Origin: a virus | Lineage: Duplodnaviria; Caudoviricetes | IMG/VR virus record: IMGVR_UViG_3300046681_000151 | Span: 29,471-93,470 of that record | Length of the DNA stretch: 64,000 nucleotides | Reading direction: 5' to 3' (one strand) | Part shown: positions 49,249-57,817 of the stretch, one piece after another | How positions within the stretch are numbered: the stretch's first letter is position 1 | Layout of the letters: every line of letters starts with the position of its first letter | Notes under the pieces: model-generated | What the model was told of the DNA's origin: nothing | The model's database searches: none | The model's input: only the letters and a program-made list of their open reading frames with translations | Translations under genes and position numbers: made by a program

Positions 49249-50051
49249 GCTGCGACTCCCGCCGCTTCGGCGAGCACCGCTTCTTGCGCGGCCCGCAGTT
49301 CCCGCCACTCCCCGATCGTCTCCCACTTCGCGTTGCAGCCGCCGCATCGCACCCGGTGGCTGGCGGCGGACGCGGTCAGCGGCGTCCAGCACGGCCCGTC
49401 GTCGAGTTGGACGGGGCAGTTGCCGATCTGCACCCGGCCGGGCCGCCGCTCATCGTCGACGATGGCCTTCATCTCGCCGTGCAGCCTGCGCAGGTCGTCG
49501 ATGTCCTGCCCGACCGGCTCGTAACTGCCGCACGCCCAAAGCAGGTTGTTGGCGAGGAAGGCGGTGCGACGCCGCACAGCGTCCGCCGCGTGGTCGGCAC
49601 GCCAGTACGGGTAGACGCGATCATCGCGCACTGCCTCACCGACGCGTCGGGCACCGTCCTTGTCGCGCCAGACCGGATAGACGGTGCGGGGTGCAGTGGG
49701 CGGCGGGGTGGGCCAGCCGAGCGCCTGCCGCCACGAGTCCTCGATCGCCTGAAGCCTGGCCGCAACACCGCCGGATCCGACGAGGGCGAGGACTTCGAGC
49801 CGGAGCGGGACGGGCGCGGTGCGGCTCCCGGATGAGCTGGCGCCGGGCTGGCGGGCGCCACGCATGAGGGTGGCCGTGGTGTCGAGCTTCCGGAACAGGG
49901 CGGGAAGTTCGGCGATGCGGGTCAGGGTGACGTCGCCGCAGGGCCGGCAAGCCCACCTGTCAAGCTCGTCGGCCCACAACTGCCGGCCGCAGCGAGGGGT
50001 GACGCATGTCGGCCATTCGTAGCCCGAGTCGGCGGGGGTGTGGTCGTGCAT
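49245..50051 (-). CDS. Zn-finger protein, possible late-gene regulator
   Basis: CxxxxC/CxxC N-terminus and GNCP...C...VRCGGC C-terminus; GGAGG RBS. Confidence 0.65.
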   Translation of the reverse strand: MHDHTPADSGYEWPTCVTPRCGRQLWADELDRWACRPCGDVTLTRIAELPALFRKLDTTATLMRGARQPGASSSGSRTAPVPLRLEVLALVGSGGVAARLQAIEDSWRQALGWPTPPPTAPRTVYPVWRDKDGARRVGEAVRDDRVYPYWRADHAADAVRRRTAFLANNLLWACGSYEPVGQDIDDLRRLHGEMKAIVDDERRPGRVQIGNCPVQLDDGPCWTPLTASAASHRVRCGGCNAKWETIGEWRELRAAQEAVLAEAAGVAA

Positions 50052-50141
50052 GGTGCAGTCCTCCGGCGGTGGTGCGGGGAACAGGGGCACTACTGAGCCA
50101 ATGGTGCCGCATGTGGTTGACACGGCAGCCCATTGGCACAG

Positions 50142-51053
50142 TCAAGTGCCGCACTCCACAGCCCGCGCGCATCCCCGGCAGTCCCGGACCACCCCGGCGA
50201 CGTACCCGGTCGCCTGCAGCCCGCTCTTCCCGCAGGCGGCATGCAGCAGATCCCACCACCGCTGATCGACGGGCCGGCGGACGTGGTGCCCGGTGCGGCC
50301 GTTCTCGAACCGGATGCCCGGGATCGGGTACTCGTCGGCGAGCGTCGGGGCGGGTGCGGTCACGGCTGCTCCTCGCGCCGGACTTGTATGCGTTCCCACA
50401 GGTAGCCGCTCATCTGGTCGCCGCTGCCGGGGTTGATGACGATGACGGGTGGGGCGCTGCGGTCGAGTTCGCGGACGGTGGTTTCGCCGTCTGCGTGGAC
50501 GATGACATCGCCAAGGCGCAGGTCGTCGGCATGGGTGTGGATCAGCGTCATGTGCGCGGCTTCCTCGTCGCCCGCTGTTCCCAGGCGAGCAACCCGGCAA
50601 TAGCGGCTTTCTGGATGGTGGTTTCGACCGGGTTGCGGGTGCGCCCGCCATCGGCGAGCCACCAGTTCCACCCGTTGCGGCCTGTCCGTGACGTCCCGCC
50701 GTAGGACGGTTCGATGACGACGAGCACCGTGCCGTCGGCGGCCACAACATGCCACGTGTTGGTGTCGCGGTGGTCGGGTGCTTTCACGATCTCGGCGGCG
50801 GCGGTGACGGCGCGGGCTGCTTTCGCGGACAGGGGGCGGGTCATTGGTCCCCCTGTCGCAGTTCTTCGCCCATGCCGCCGAGTTGCGGCGAGTTGTCCCA
50901 GTCCTCTTCCCAGGCCTCGGCCGAGTTGTCGGCGCGCACGTATTCCTCGGCCTCGACGGCGCACAGGTAGTCGCGGCAGCTCTGCTCCCTGCACTCGGTG
51001 CGCGGCTTCTCGTGGGGACACGGGGCGTAGAGATCGTGTTCGGGGATCGACAT
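50142..51053 (-). CDS. Four small hypothetical genes (50142-50363, 50360-50551, 50548-50844, 50841-51053)
   Basis: Coupled ORFs. Confidence 0.55.
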
Positions 51054-51060
51054 GCTCAGC

Positions 51061-52525
51061 CACGGCAGCTGTAGTTCTAGCGTCTGTGCTGGTCAGTGTG
51101 TTGCCGGGGCGGGTGCGGGCATGAGTACGGCCACCGTGATCATGAACGTTTGTGACGACGTATCAAGACGCGGTGGCCGTGGAAGCAACGATAGCCGAGC
51201 GGGCGTGGGGGCAGGCGTTCGGGAGGGCGATGCGGGCGGTCGCGGGCTGCTTCGCGCGACGTGAAGCCCGGGCGACGGCGGCGGAGTTGGTCGCGGGGCT
51301 GTTGCTGGAGGTGGACACGCGGAACTGCTGGACGCTCGCGCAGGTTCTGGGACATCCGGGCCCGCACCGGCTGCAGCACCTGCTCTCGCGCGCCCGGTTC
51401 GACCATGAGCGGGCCCGGCAGGAGATCGCCTGCCTCGTGATCGATGAACTCGCCGGTCAGAGCGTGGTATTGGTGGCGGACGAGACGGGGGATGCGAAGT
51501 CGTCCACGGACTGCGTGGGCGCCGGCCGGCAATACTCCGGTGCAATCGGCGGTGTCGGACTGTGCCAGGTGGCGGTGCACCTGGCGGCGGTCACCGCGAC
51601 GACGAAGGTGATCATCGATCGGGCCCTGTATCTCCCGGCGGACTGGGCTGCGGACGAGGAACGCCGCGAGGTCGCCGGAGTGCCGGAGGAGATCGTCTTC
51701 GCGACGAAGCCGCAGCAAGCGCTGGCCATGGTCACCGACGCGTTCGCCGCCGGGCTGAAGGCCCGCTGGTTCGCGGGCGACGAGGTGTACTGCGGGCGCG
51801 AACTACGCCGGGGCATACGGGCGCTGGGACTCGGCTACACCGTTGGCATCGCCGCCACCTACCAGGTCATCGACGGGACCGGACGCCGGTGGGAGGCCCG
51901 CAAAATGATCAACAAGGTGCGGCCCGGGCAGTGGATGCGCCGGCAGACCGGACACGGCACCAAGGGCACCCGCGAGTACGACTGGGCCTGGCTCGATGTC
52001 CGCCCCGACGACGCTCCCGACGAGAACCGGAACGAGCAGGAGCCCGGGATGAGTGTGCTGGTCGCGCGGCGGCACCGCTACACCGGTGAGGTGTCCTACT
52101 TCCGCTGCTGGGCACCCGGCGACGTCTCGCTCGGCACGCTGGTGGAAGTGATCTGTCGCAGGTGGCGGATCGAGGAAACCTTCCAACTCGCCAAGGGCTT
52201 CACCGGACTCGACCAGGGCCAGGTGACCTGCTGGAACTCCTGGATGCGCTGGTCACTGTTCTCCCTGATCGCCGCCGCCGTCCTTGCCCTCACGGCCACC
52301 GCCGTCCACGACGCCGCCGAGGACCAACCGGCGCTCGTCCCGCTGAGCTGCCCCGAACTCATCCGGCTCCTGCGAGCCCTCGTGCTGCCGCCACCCGTCC
52401 GCGACCGCGAGCACGTCCTGCACTGGACCGCCTGGCGACGCCATCACCAAGCCGTCGCGACCGCCTGCCACCAGCAACGACACCACCGTCACGACCAACC
52501 GTGATCAAGAACTACAGCTGCCGTG
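51061..52525 (+). mobile_element. IS701-family insertion sequence
   Basis: 18-bp IRs CACGGCAGCTGTAGTTCT / AGAACTACAGCTGCCGTG; 5-bp target duplication TCAGC (51056-51060, 52526-52530). Confidence 0.92.
51152..52504 (+). CDS. IS701-family DDE transposase
   Basis: ADETGDAK, GRQYSG...CQV, AGDEVY, RWRIEETFQLAKGFTGLD. Confidence 0.93.
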   Translation: MTTYQDAVAVEATIAERAWGQAFGRAMRAVAGCFARREARATAAELVAGLLLEVDTRNCWTLAQVLGHPGPHRLQHLLSRARFDHERARQEIACLVIDELAGQSVVLVADETGDAKSSTDCVGAGRQYSGAIGGVGLCQVAVHLAAVTATTKVIIDRALYLPADWAADEERREVAGVPEEIVFATKPQQALAMVTDAFAAGLKARWFAGDEVYCGRELRRGIRALGLGYTVGIAATYQVIDGTGRRWEARKMINKVRPGQWMRRQTGHGTKGTREYDWAWLDVRPDDAPDENRNEQEPGMSVLVARRHRYTGEVSYFRCWAPGDVSLGTLVEVICRRWRIEETFQLAKGFTGLDQGQVTCWNSWMRWSLFSLIAAAVLALTATAVHDAAEDQPALVPLSCPELIRLLRALVLPPPVRDREHVLHWTAWRRHHQAVATACHQQRHHRHDQP

Positions 52526-52831
52526 TCAGCCCTCGTCTCGGATGGGTACACCGTTGCGGTTGGCCCGGTAGGTGCGGGCGGCGTTGATCGCCATTTTGTT
52601 GGTGACGGCGTCGGCGAGGTCGATGCCGGTCATTTCCGCTACGGCGACGAGGTAGAGGAAGATGTCGGCGAGTTCTTCCCCGTAGTCGGGGAGGTCTTTG
52701 CGCCAGGCGGTGAAGGCTTCGCCGATTTCGGCGTTGAGGAGGCCGAACTCCAACGGCACGTCGCTGATGTTGAAGCCTTTCGCGAGCTTGTTTTCCCAGG
52801 CTGCGGCCTGGATGTCGCGGATGGTCTGCAC
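52526..52831 (-). CDS. MazG-like nucleotide pyrophosphohydrolase
   Basis: LLNAEIGEAF...EELADIFLYL...GIDLADAVTNKMAIN. Confidence 0.85.
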   Translation of the reverse strand: MQTIRDIQAAAWENKLAKGFNISDVPLEFGLLNAEIGEAFTAWRKDLPDYGEELADIFLYLVAVAEMTGIDLADAVTNKMAINAARTYRANRNGVPIRDEG

Positions 52832-52832
52832 G

Positions 52833-54441
52833 TCAGTTCTCGTCTCGGTTGATGTCGCGGTCGCCCCACCAGCGGTCGAATCGTGCGGCTTCGGCCGGGG
52901 TCTCGTCCCAGTCGCGACTGGAGTCGGCGATCTCCTGGGGTTCCTCTTTTCGGCAGGCGATGAGCGCATCGCGGTGGTTGCCCATGGCGGTCTCGCGGTC
53001 GCCTGCCCGCTTCGATGAGTGGTCGATGACGTATCCGCCGAGGAGCATTCCGGCGTGCTGCTTGTTGGGGCTGTCGTCGAAGATGACGGTGTCGTAGTAG
53101 TCGGCGGCGATACGGATCGTGGACACGGTGAGCTGCTTGTCGCCTGCGATCACGGGGCGCCGGGCAACGATCGTGGGGACGGTCATCGTGGTTCTCCTAT
53201 CGGTTGAGGCCGGGCAGGTCGCTCCAGCCGTGTACGAGCCCCGGGTTGTGGGCGGCGAGTCGTTTGTTGGCCCACGCGAGTCGGGCGTGCAGCCGCATCG
53301 CGGGTTCGGCGCGGACCACGGCCGTGCAGGCGGCCAGCGTCCGCCCGGTGAGCAGCCGCCCGCAGAGTCCGGCCTCGTCGACGGCTTCGAGCACGTGGGC
53401 GGGGAGTTGCCGGGCCGCGAGGTCGGCGACCGCGTCCGGGACGGGGATGGTGCGCGGCGGGCGGGCGATCACGGCTGGGCCTCCGCTCGCTCCAGCCAGA
53501 AACCGTCACTGTGCTCGTCGCGGTAGCGGCGGCCAATCTCCCAGCCGTTCAGGCGGGCCAGGTCCTGCCATGTCCACCGCAGGCCAAGGGATGCCCATCC
53601 GTCCTCGGGTCGGTTCATCAGGTACAGCCGACCGTCATGCGGGTGGACGCGGACCAGGATGCGGTTGTCGAGCGACTGCAAGTCCAGCGGTGCCGCCTGG
53701 AAGATCGGGCACGTTTCGCACTTTCCGTCGGCGATGCACGGCCCGTAGCCGCCGTACCCGGCGCGTCGGGTGTCCTGCGACTCGACGAGGTGGCTGTAGT
53801 CGCGGGGGCGCAGCGCGCACTGGTCGCCCGCGAGAGATCCGAGCGCGATGCGGTTCCAGCCCTGCCCGTCGGGGCCGCCGTTGCGGTGGCTGGGCGCCGG
53901 AAGGTAGATCGGCATCAGGGGGTTCCGCCCTCGTCGAGGAGTTGGTCGATAAGGGCGCGGGCGAGTTCGGCGTTTCCGTCGTAGTAGATGGTCAGAGCGT
54001 GCTCGATGACGGGGCGGACGCTCGGGGCGACATCGGGGCGGCTCTGCTCGCGGCGCTTGTTGTCGATGGTGTCGGCCATGGCGATCTCCTCGGCGTCGGC
54101 GGCGGTTCGGTGGTGGGGCCCGGCCTCGAAAGGCCGGGCGGGGCGGGTCACGCGGCCTCGATGGCGTCGGAGAAGTCCAGGTAATGCCGCTCGGCGAGGT
54201 AGCGCCGGATGGCCTTGAGGTCTTGGCGAATGGCGGCTGGGGTCAGTTCTTCCTGGCGGCCGTCCGCGACCTTGCCGTTGGGAATGAGGGCGATGCGGCC
54301 ACCGTCAACCTCGGCCACGTCCACCCAGACCGGGGTCGTCCGCTGCCACCAGGCCAGGGGGCGGGGGAAAGGGACGGCGCCCTTGGCTACGAGGTTCTCG
54401 TCGATGCGGATCTTCGACTGATCGATGATGACGCGGTCCAT
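52833..54441 (-). CDS. Five hypothetical genes (52833-53186, 53197-53472, 53469-53915, 53915-54151, 54148-54441)
   Basis: Coupled ORFs downstream of the promoter at 54478-54506. Confidence 0.6.
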
Positions 54442-54477
54442 TTCCGTCTCCCTGCTGGTCTTCCTGGCGATGACTCA

Positions 54478-54546
54478 ACTGTAGCCACAGTGTAGCCACA
54501 CATCAAGTCTTGTGCGAAGATTTCTGTAGCCACAGCAGTGACCACA
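54478..54546. promoter_or_regulatory. Promoter with TGTAGCCACA direct repeats
   Basis: Repeats at 54480-54489, 54491-54500, 54525-54534; minus-strand TTGATG-17-TACAGT. Confidence 0.75.
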
Positions 54547-54568
54547 CCAGAACCCACAGGGGAGCCAC

Positions 54569-54796
54569 ATGGCAGGCAAAGAGAAGACCGACGTCAGGCG
54601 CTTCCGAACCACCGACGACCTGTGGAAACGCTTCGGTGATGCAGTCGAAGCGAGTGACGACGCCGAAGCGGACATGTCCAAGGTGCTGCGTCAGTTCGTC
54701 CGCTGGTACGTCCACGAGGCCGGGGCCAAGCAGCCCGACCGCCCCATGGCTGGCCCCTGGTCGAAGCCCGGCGGCGGCGAGCAGACCCCCGAGTAG
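54569..54796 (+). CDS. Ribbon-helix-helix repressor
   Basis: TDVRRFRTTDDLWKRFGDAV...MSKVLRQFVRWY. Confidence 0.75.
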   Translation: MAGKEKTDVRRFRTTDDLWKRFGDAVEASDDAEADMSKVLRQFVRWYVHEAGAKQPDRPMAGPWSKPGGGEQTPE

Positions 54797-54841
54797 CCCG
54801 ATTCCCGCCCCGCTCCCCCACCGCCCGCGCCACACTGCGGT

Positions 54842-55039
54842 ATGGACGACGTCTCCTACATGATCCGCGGCCGGACCCAGGCGATCTGCCGACGCGAGCT
54901 GGACCGCCTCTGCCGCCTCCTGGGTGCACGCGAGACGAATGCGCCATCAGACGGGCTCGGGCGCGGCTGGGTCGCGCGGGCCGTACCCGATACGACGAAA
55001 GCCCCGGCCGAGGACGGCCGGGGCTCTTCAACGGGCTGA
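54842..55039 (+). CDS. Small hypothetical protein
   Basis: CACACT -10 box 5 nt before ATG. Confidence 0.55.
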   Translation: MDDVSYMIRGRTQAICRRELDRLCRLLGARETNAPSDGLGRGWVARAVPDTTKAPAEDGRGSSTG

Positions 55040-56250
55040 TCAGGCGCTCGCTTTCTCCTGCATCTGCCGGTACATGACGACGGCCGCGTTCTCCCACTCG
55101 CCTTCGGTGAGGAGCCGGTACGACCCTTCGGCGCCCTCGCCGCTCGCGAAGAATGGCTCAAGGACCGGGCTGCCGTCGCGCTCGAATCCGGCGTACTGCC
55201 AGACAGTTCCGTGCGCGTCATAGGGCGTCCCGGCGGGCAGGAACTGGTCTCGCAGGTCGAACTCCTCGCCGCTCTCCGGGTGCACCCACCCGTTGGCCTT
55301 GTCGGCGGCCTCGGCGCAACGCGAGCACTGCTGACCGCCGGTCAGGTGCTCGCCGCAGAAGTAGCCGCCACAGCCGTGTTCGTCGCCGCCGGGGTCTTTG
55401 CCGCAGAGGTAGCCGAGTCCGCGGTCGATCTTCGCCTTGCAGCCTTCCTCCTCGCAGACGGCTTCGACGCCGTATCCGGCTTCGATCGTGATCCCGTCGG
55501 GGCGGGTGATCTCGTAGTGCGCGTATCCCATGATTCTAGTGTCCTCTCAGGTGTTGTCGCTTCTCTGGGCTGATCAGGCGGCAGTGCGTTCGCAGATGTC
55601 GTTGACGAGTCCGCTGGCCGAGATCGACACGACAGTGCCGCAGTCGCCGCACGTGTAGTCGCGACCGCCGCGCTTGGTGTCCGTTCCGGTCATGTCGTCG
55701 CCGCAGCAGACGGGGACGTCATCGATGTCGGTGTCGTCGGCGATGGACAGTTCGTAGCCGTAGCTGGTGGTGGGTGCGGAAGAGCACATGGGGTTCTCCT
55801 ATCGGTAGGCGGGGCCGTCGTATTCGACGGCGGTGATCGTGACGTTCGGGTGCTCGGCTTGGGTGCGGAGTACGTCGGTGACGAGGCCGTCGATGCTGTT
55901 CGTCGAGTTGAAACTGAGCAGCTCGCCCGTGCGGGCGTCGTACAGCCGGTAGTTGATGTTCGTGTGGGTGACGTTGCGGTCCGGGAGTGGCTTGCCGTTC
56001 CAGACGTCGGGCATCAGTTCCCCTTCGTGGCGACCGCGTCGGCCCGCCAGTTGGCGAGGGACTCGGCGCCGTAGGTGAGGGCGAGAATCCCGGCGAGGGC
56101 GGTGAGCGCCGCCGGGACCGCGGCGACAATCTCCGGCACGCCGACCGCCATCAGGCCGACAGCCACGCCGTATGCGGCGGACAGCGACGGGGCGAACACG
56201 GCGACGGCGATGAACAGGCGGGCGATCGGGCCTAGCTCGGGATGGAACAT
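55040..56250 (-). CDS. Four genes: Cys-rich 55040-55531, Zn-ribbon 55574-55789, 55799-56014, 2-TM 56014-56250
   Basis: Clear RBSs; CxxxxC/CxxC motifs; TM helices. Confidence 0.62.
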
Positions 56251-56262
56251 GGCGGGGCTCCT

Positions 56263-56751
56263 TCACTGGTTGTTGATGTTCTTGTTCCAGATGCTGCGGT
56301 TGTTCGAGGTGCGGTGGTGCTGGGTGACGGGCCCGCTGTAGTTGTGCTGGTGGACGTCGGGTACGGTCGCGCGCTTGACGCCCTTGATGAGGGCTTTCAG
56401 CGACAGGAAGGCCATGGGCGGGCCAGCACTCATCCAGGCGATGACGGTCGAATCGGCGTGCCCGGACGACCAGAGGATGAGGCTGATGCCGCCGCTGACG
56501 AACACGGAGGCGATGCCGCCGGACAGCATCAACGCGCTGGCGTCGGTGGCTCTCTGGCTCATCGGCGGCCGGCCGGGCTGGGGTACGGGTGGGGTGGTGC
56601 CGACGGTGGGGGTCGGGCTGTCGTCGCGGTAGTAGGTGGCTGCGGCGTCGTTGATGGCGGCGAGGAACTGGTCGGCGCGCTGGTCGATGATGGCGTCGCG
56701 GTCCTGCCCGGCCGCGGTGGCGGTGGGCTTCGGCTCGGGCAGGTCGAGCAT
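56263..56751 (-). CDS. SpdD-like AICE membrane protein
   Basis: Pro-rich linker, two TM helices and HQHNYSGPVTQ tail resembling Streptomyces AICE spread proteins. Confidence 0.55.
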   Translation of the reverse strand: MLDLPEPKPTATAAGQDRDAIIDQRADQFLAAINDAAATYYRDDSPTPTVGTTPPVPQPGRPPMSQRATDASALMLSGGIASVFVSGGISLILWSSGHADSTVIAWMSAGPPMAFLSLKALIKGVKRATVPDVHQHNYSGPVTQHHRTSNNRSIWNKNINNQ

Positions 56752-56774
56752 GGTGCGGGTCTCCTTCGGGTGGG

Positions 56775-56978
56775 CTATCCGTTTCGGGTGACGATGGTGA
56801 GTTCTTCGAGTCGGCCTTCGATCTCGTTGTCGCAGAGGAGTCCGCAGCCGTTGCATTCGCCGGTGACGGTCATGATCGCCATGCCGTTGTTGCTGCGGCC
56901 TTGGAGCGGCTCGAACTCGTTGGTGATCGAGGCGAAGCCGGTACCGCAGCCGCGCGGGCACAGAAGAGTCGGGGTCAC
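56775..56978 (-). CDS. Small Zn-ribbon protein
   Basis: CPRGC...CNGC. Confidence 0.55.
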   Translation of the reverse strand: MTPTLLCPRGCGTGFASITNEFEPLQGRSNNGMAIMTVTGECNGCGLLCDNEIEGRLEELTIVTRNG

Positions 56979-57610
56979 GGGGTGCCTGCCTTCGCCGGCG
57001 CCTTACGCATGCTGGTCTTGGGTGCGGGTGCGGGCTGCGAGGGGGCGAGGGCTGCCGCCGCGGTCTGCTGTGCGTACCAGGTGCCGCCGACGCTCTTGCC
57101 GCCGTGCTTCTGCTTCTCGTGGCCGCGCAGGGCCTTGGTGGCTTCCTTGGCGTCGCGGTAGCGGGGCTTCTCCTTCTTGCCGCAGGGGCACGAGTAGCCA
57201 ATGAGTCCGGTCCGCCGGTCGCCCCCCATGCGGGCGGCCTTGTTGACCTCCCAGCGGGAGACCTTCTCCTTGGTCGGCTTGGCCGTGCAGGGCTTCGATC
57301 CGGTGAAGGAGCCGTCCTTGCCCTTGGTGAAGATCTGTCCGTTGCCGTGGCAGACCTTGCAGCCCTCGTGGGTGGCGCGGAGGATCGCGGCGTCCTTGCG
57401 GGAGCGGATCTCATCCCGCCGGGTGTCGACCATGGGGGCGATGACTCGCAGGACCAGCCACGCGCTGAGGCGGACGTGAAGGGGGCCGCGGCGCGGGATC
57501 TTGACGCGCCGGGCGGGATGCTTGCGGCGGCTGGCGGTCGCGGCGGCGCGGCGGCGCGCCGGGGCCTTGCGGCGGGCCGGCTGCCGCCTTGCGGGACGCT
57601 TCGCTGCCAT
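56975..57610 (-). CDS. Very basic protein with Zn fingers
   Basis: PARR repeats; CKVCHGNG...C; CPCG...HEKQKH. Confidence 0.68.
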   Translation of the reverse strand: MAAKRPARRQPARRKAPARRRAAATASRRKHPARRVKIPRRGPLHVRLSAWLVLRVIAPMVDTRRDEIRSRKDAAILRATHEGCKVCHGNGQIFTKGKDGSFTGSKPCTAKPTKEKVSRWEVNKAARMGGDRRTGLIGYSCPCGKKEKPRYRDAKEATKALRGHEKQKHGGKSVGGTWYAQQTAAAALAPSQPAPAPKTSMRKAPAKAGTP

Positions 57611-57654
57611 GATCGGGACTCCTTGACGGGTGATCGTTTTATGGTGGTTTGCGA

Positions 57655-57810
57655 ACTGCTCGGCTACTGCTCGCGGGTGCTCCGTTGCAGGTCACAGCTG
57701 CTCGGCGTACTGCTCGCGAGGTGCTCGGCTTTTCGGCGAGCAGTTGACCGAGCACCTGATCGAGCGGCTGTGACCTGCGGTCGAGCAGTGCCGAGCACCT
57801 CGCGAGCAGT
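57655..57810. repeat. Symmetric array of 12 octamers (consensus RSTGCTCG), clt-like
   Basis: Six forward (57655, 57666, 57676, 57697, 57709, 57720) and six reverse (57737, 57749, 57761, 57782, 57792, 57803); immediately 3' of traB. Confidence 0.8.
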
Positions 57811-57817
57811 GGACTTT

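Noticed and set aside
57655-57810. Possible CRISPR array or iterons
   Set aside because: Units are 8 bp with very short spacers, half are inverted, and no cas or rep gene is adjacent
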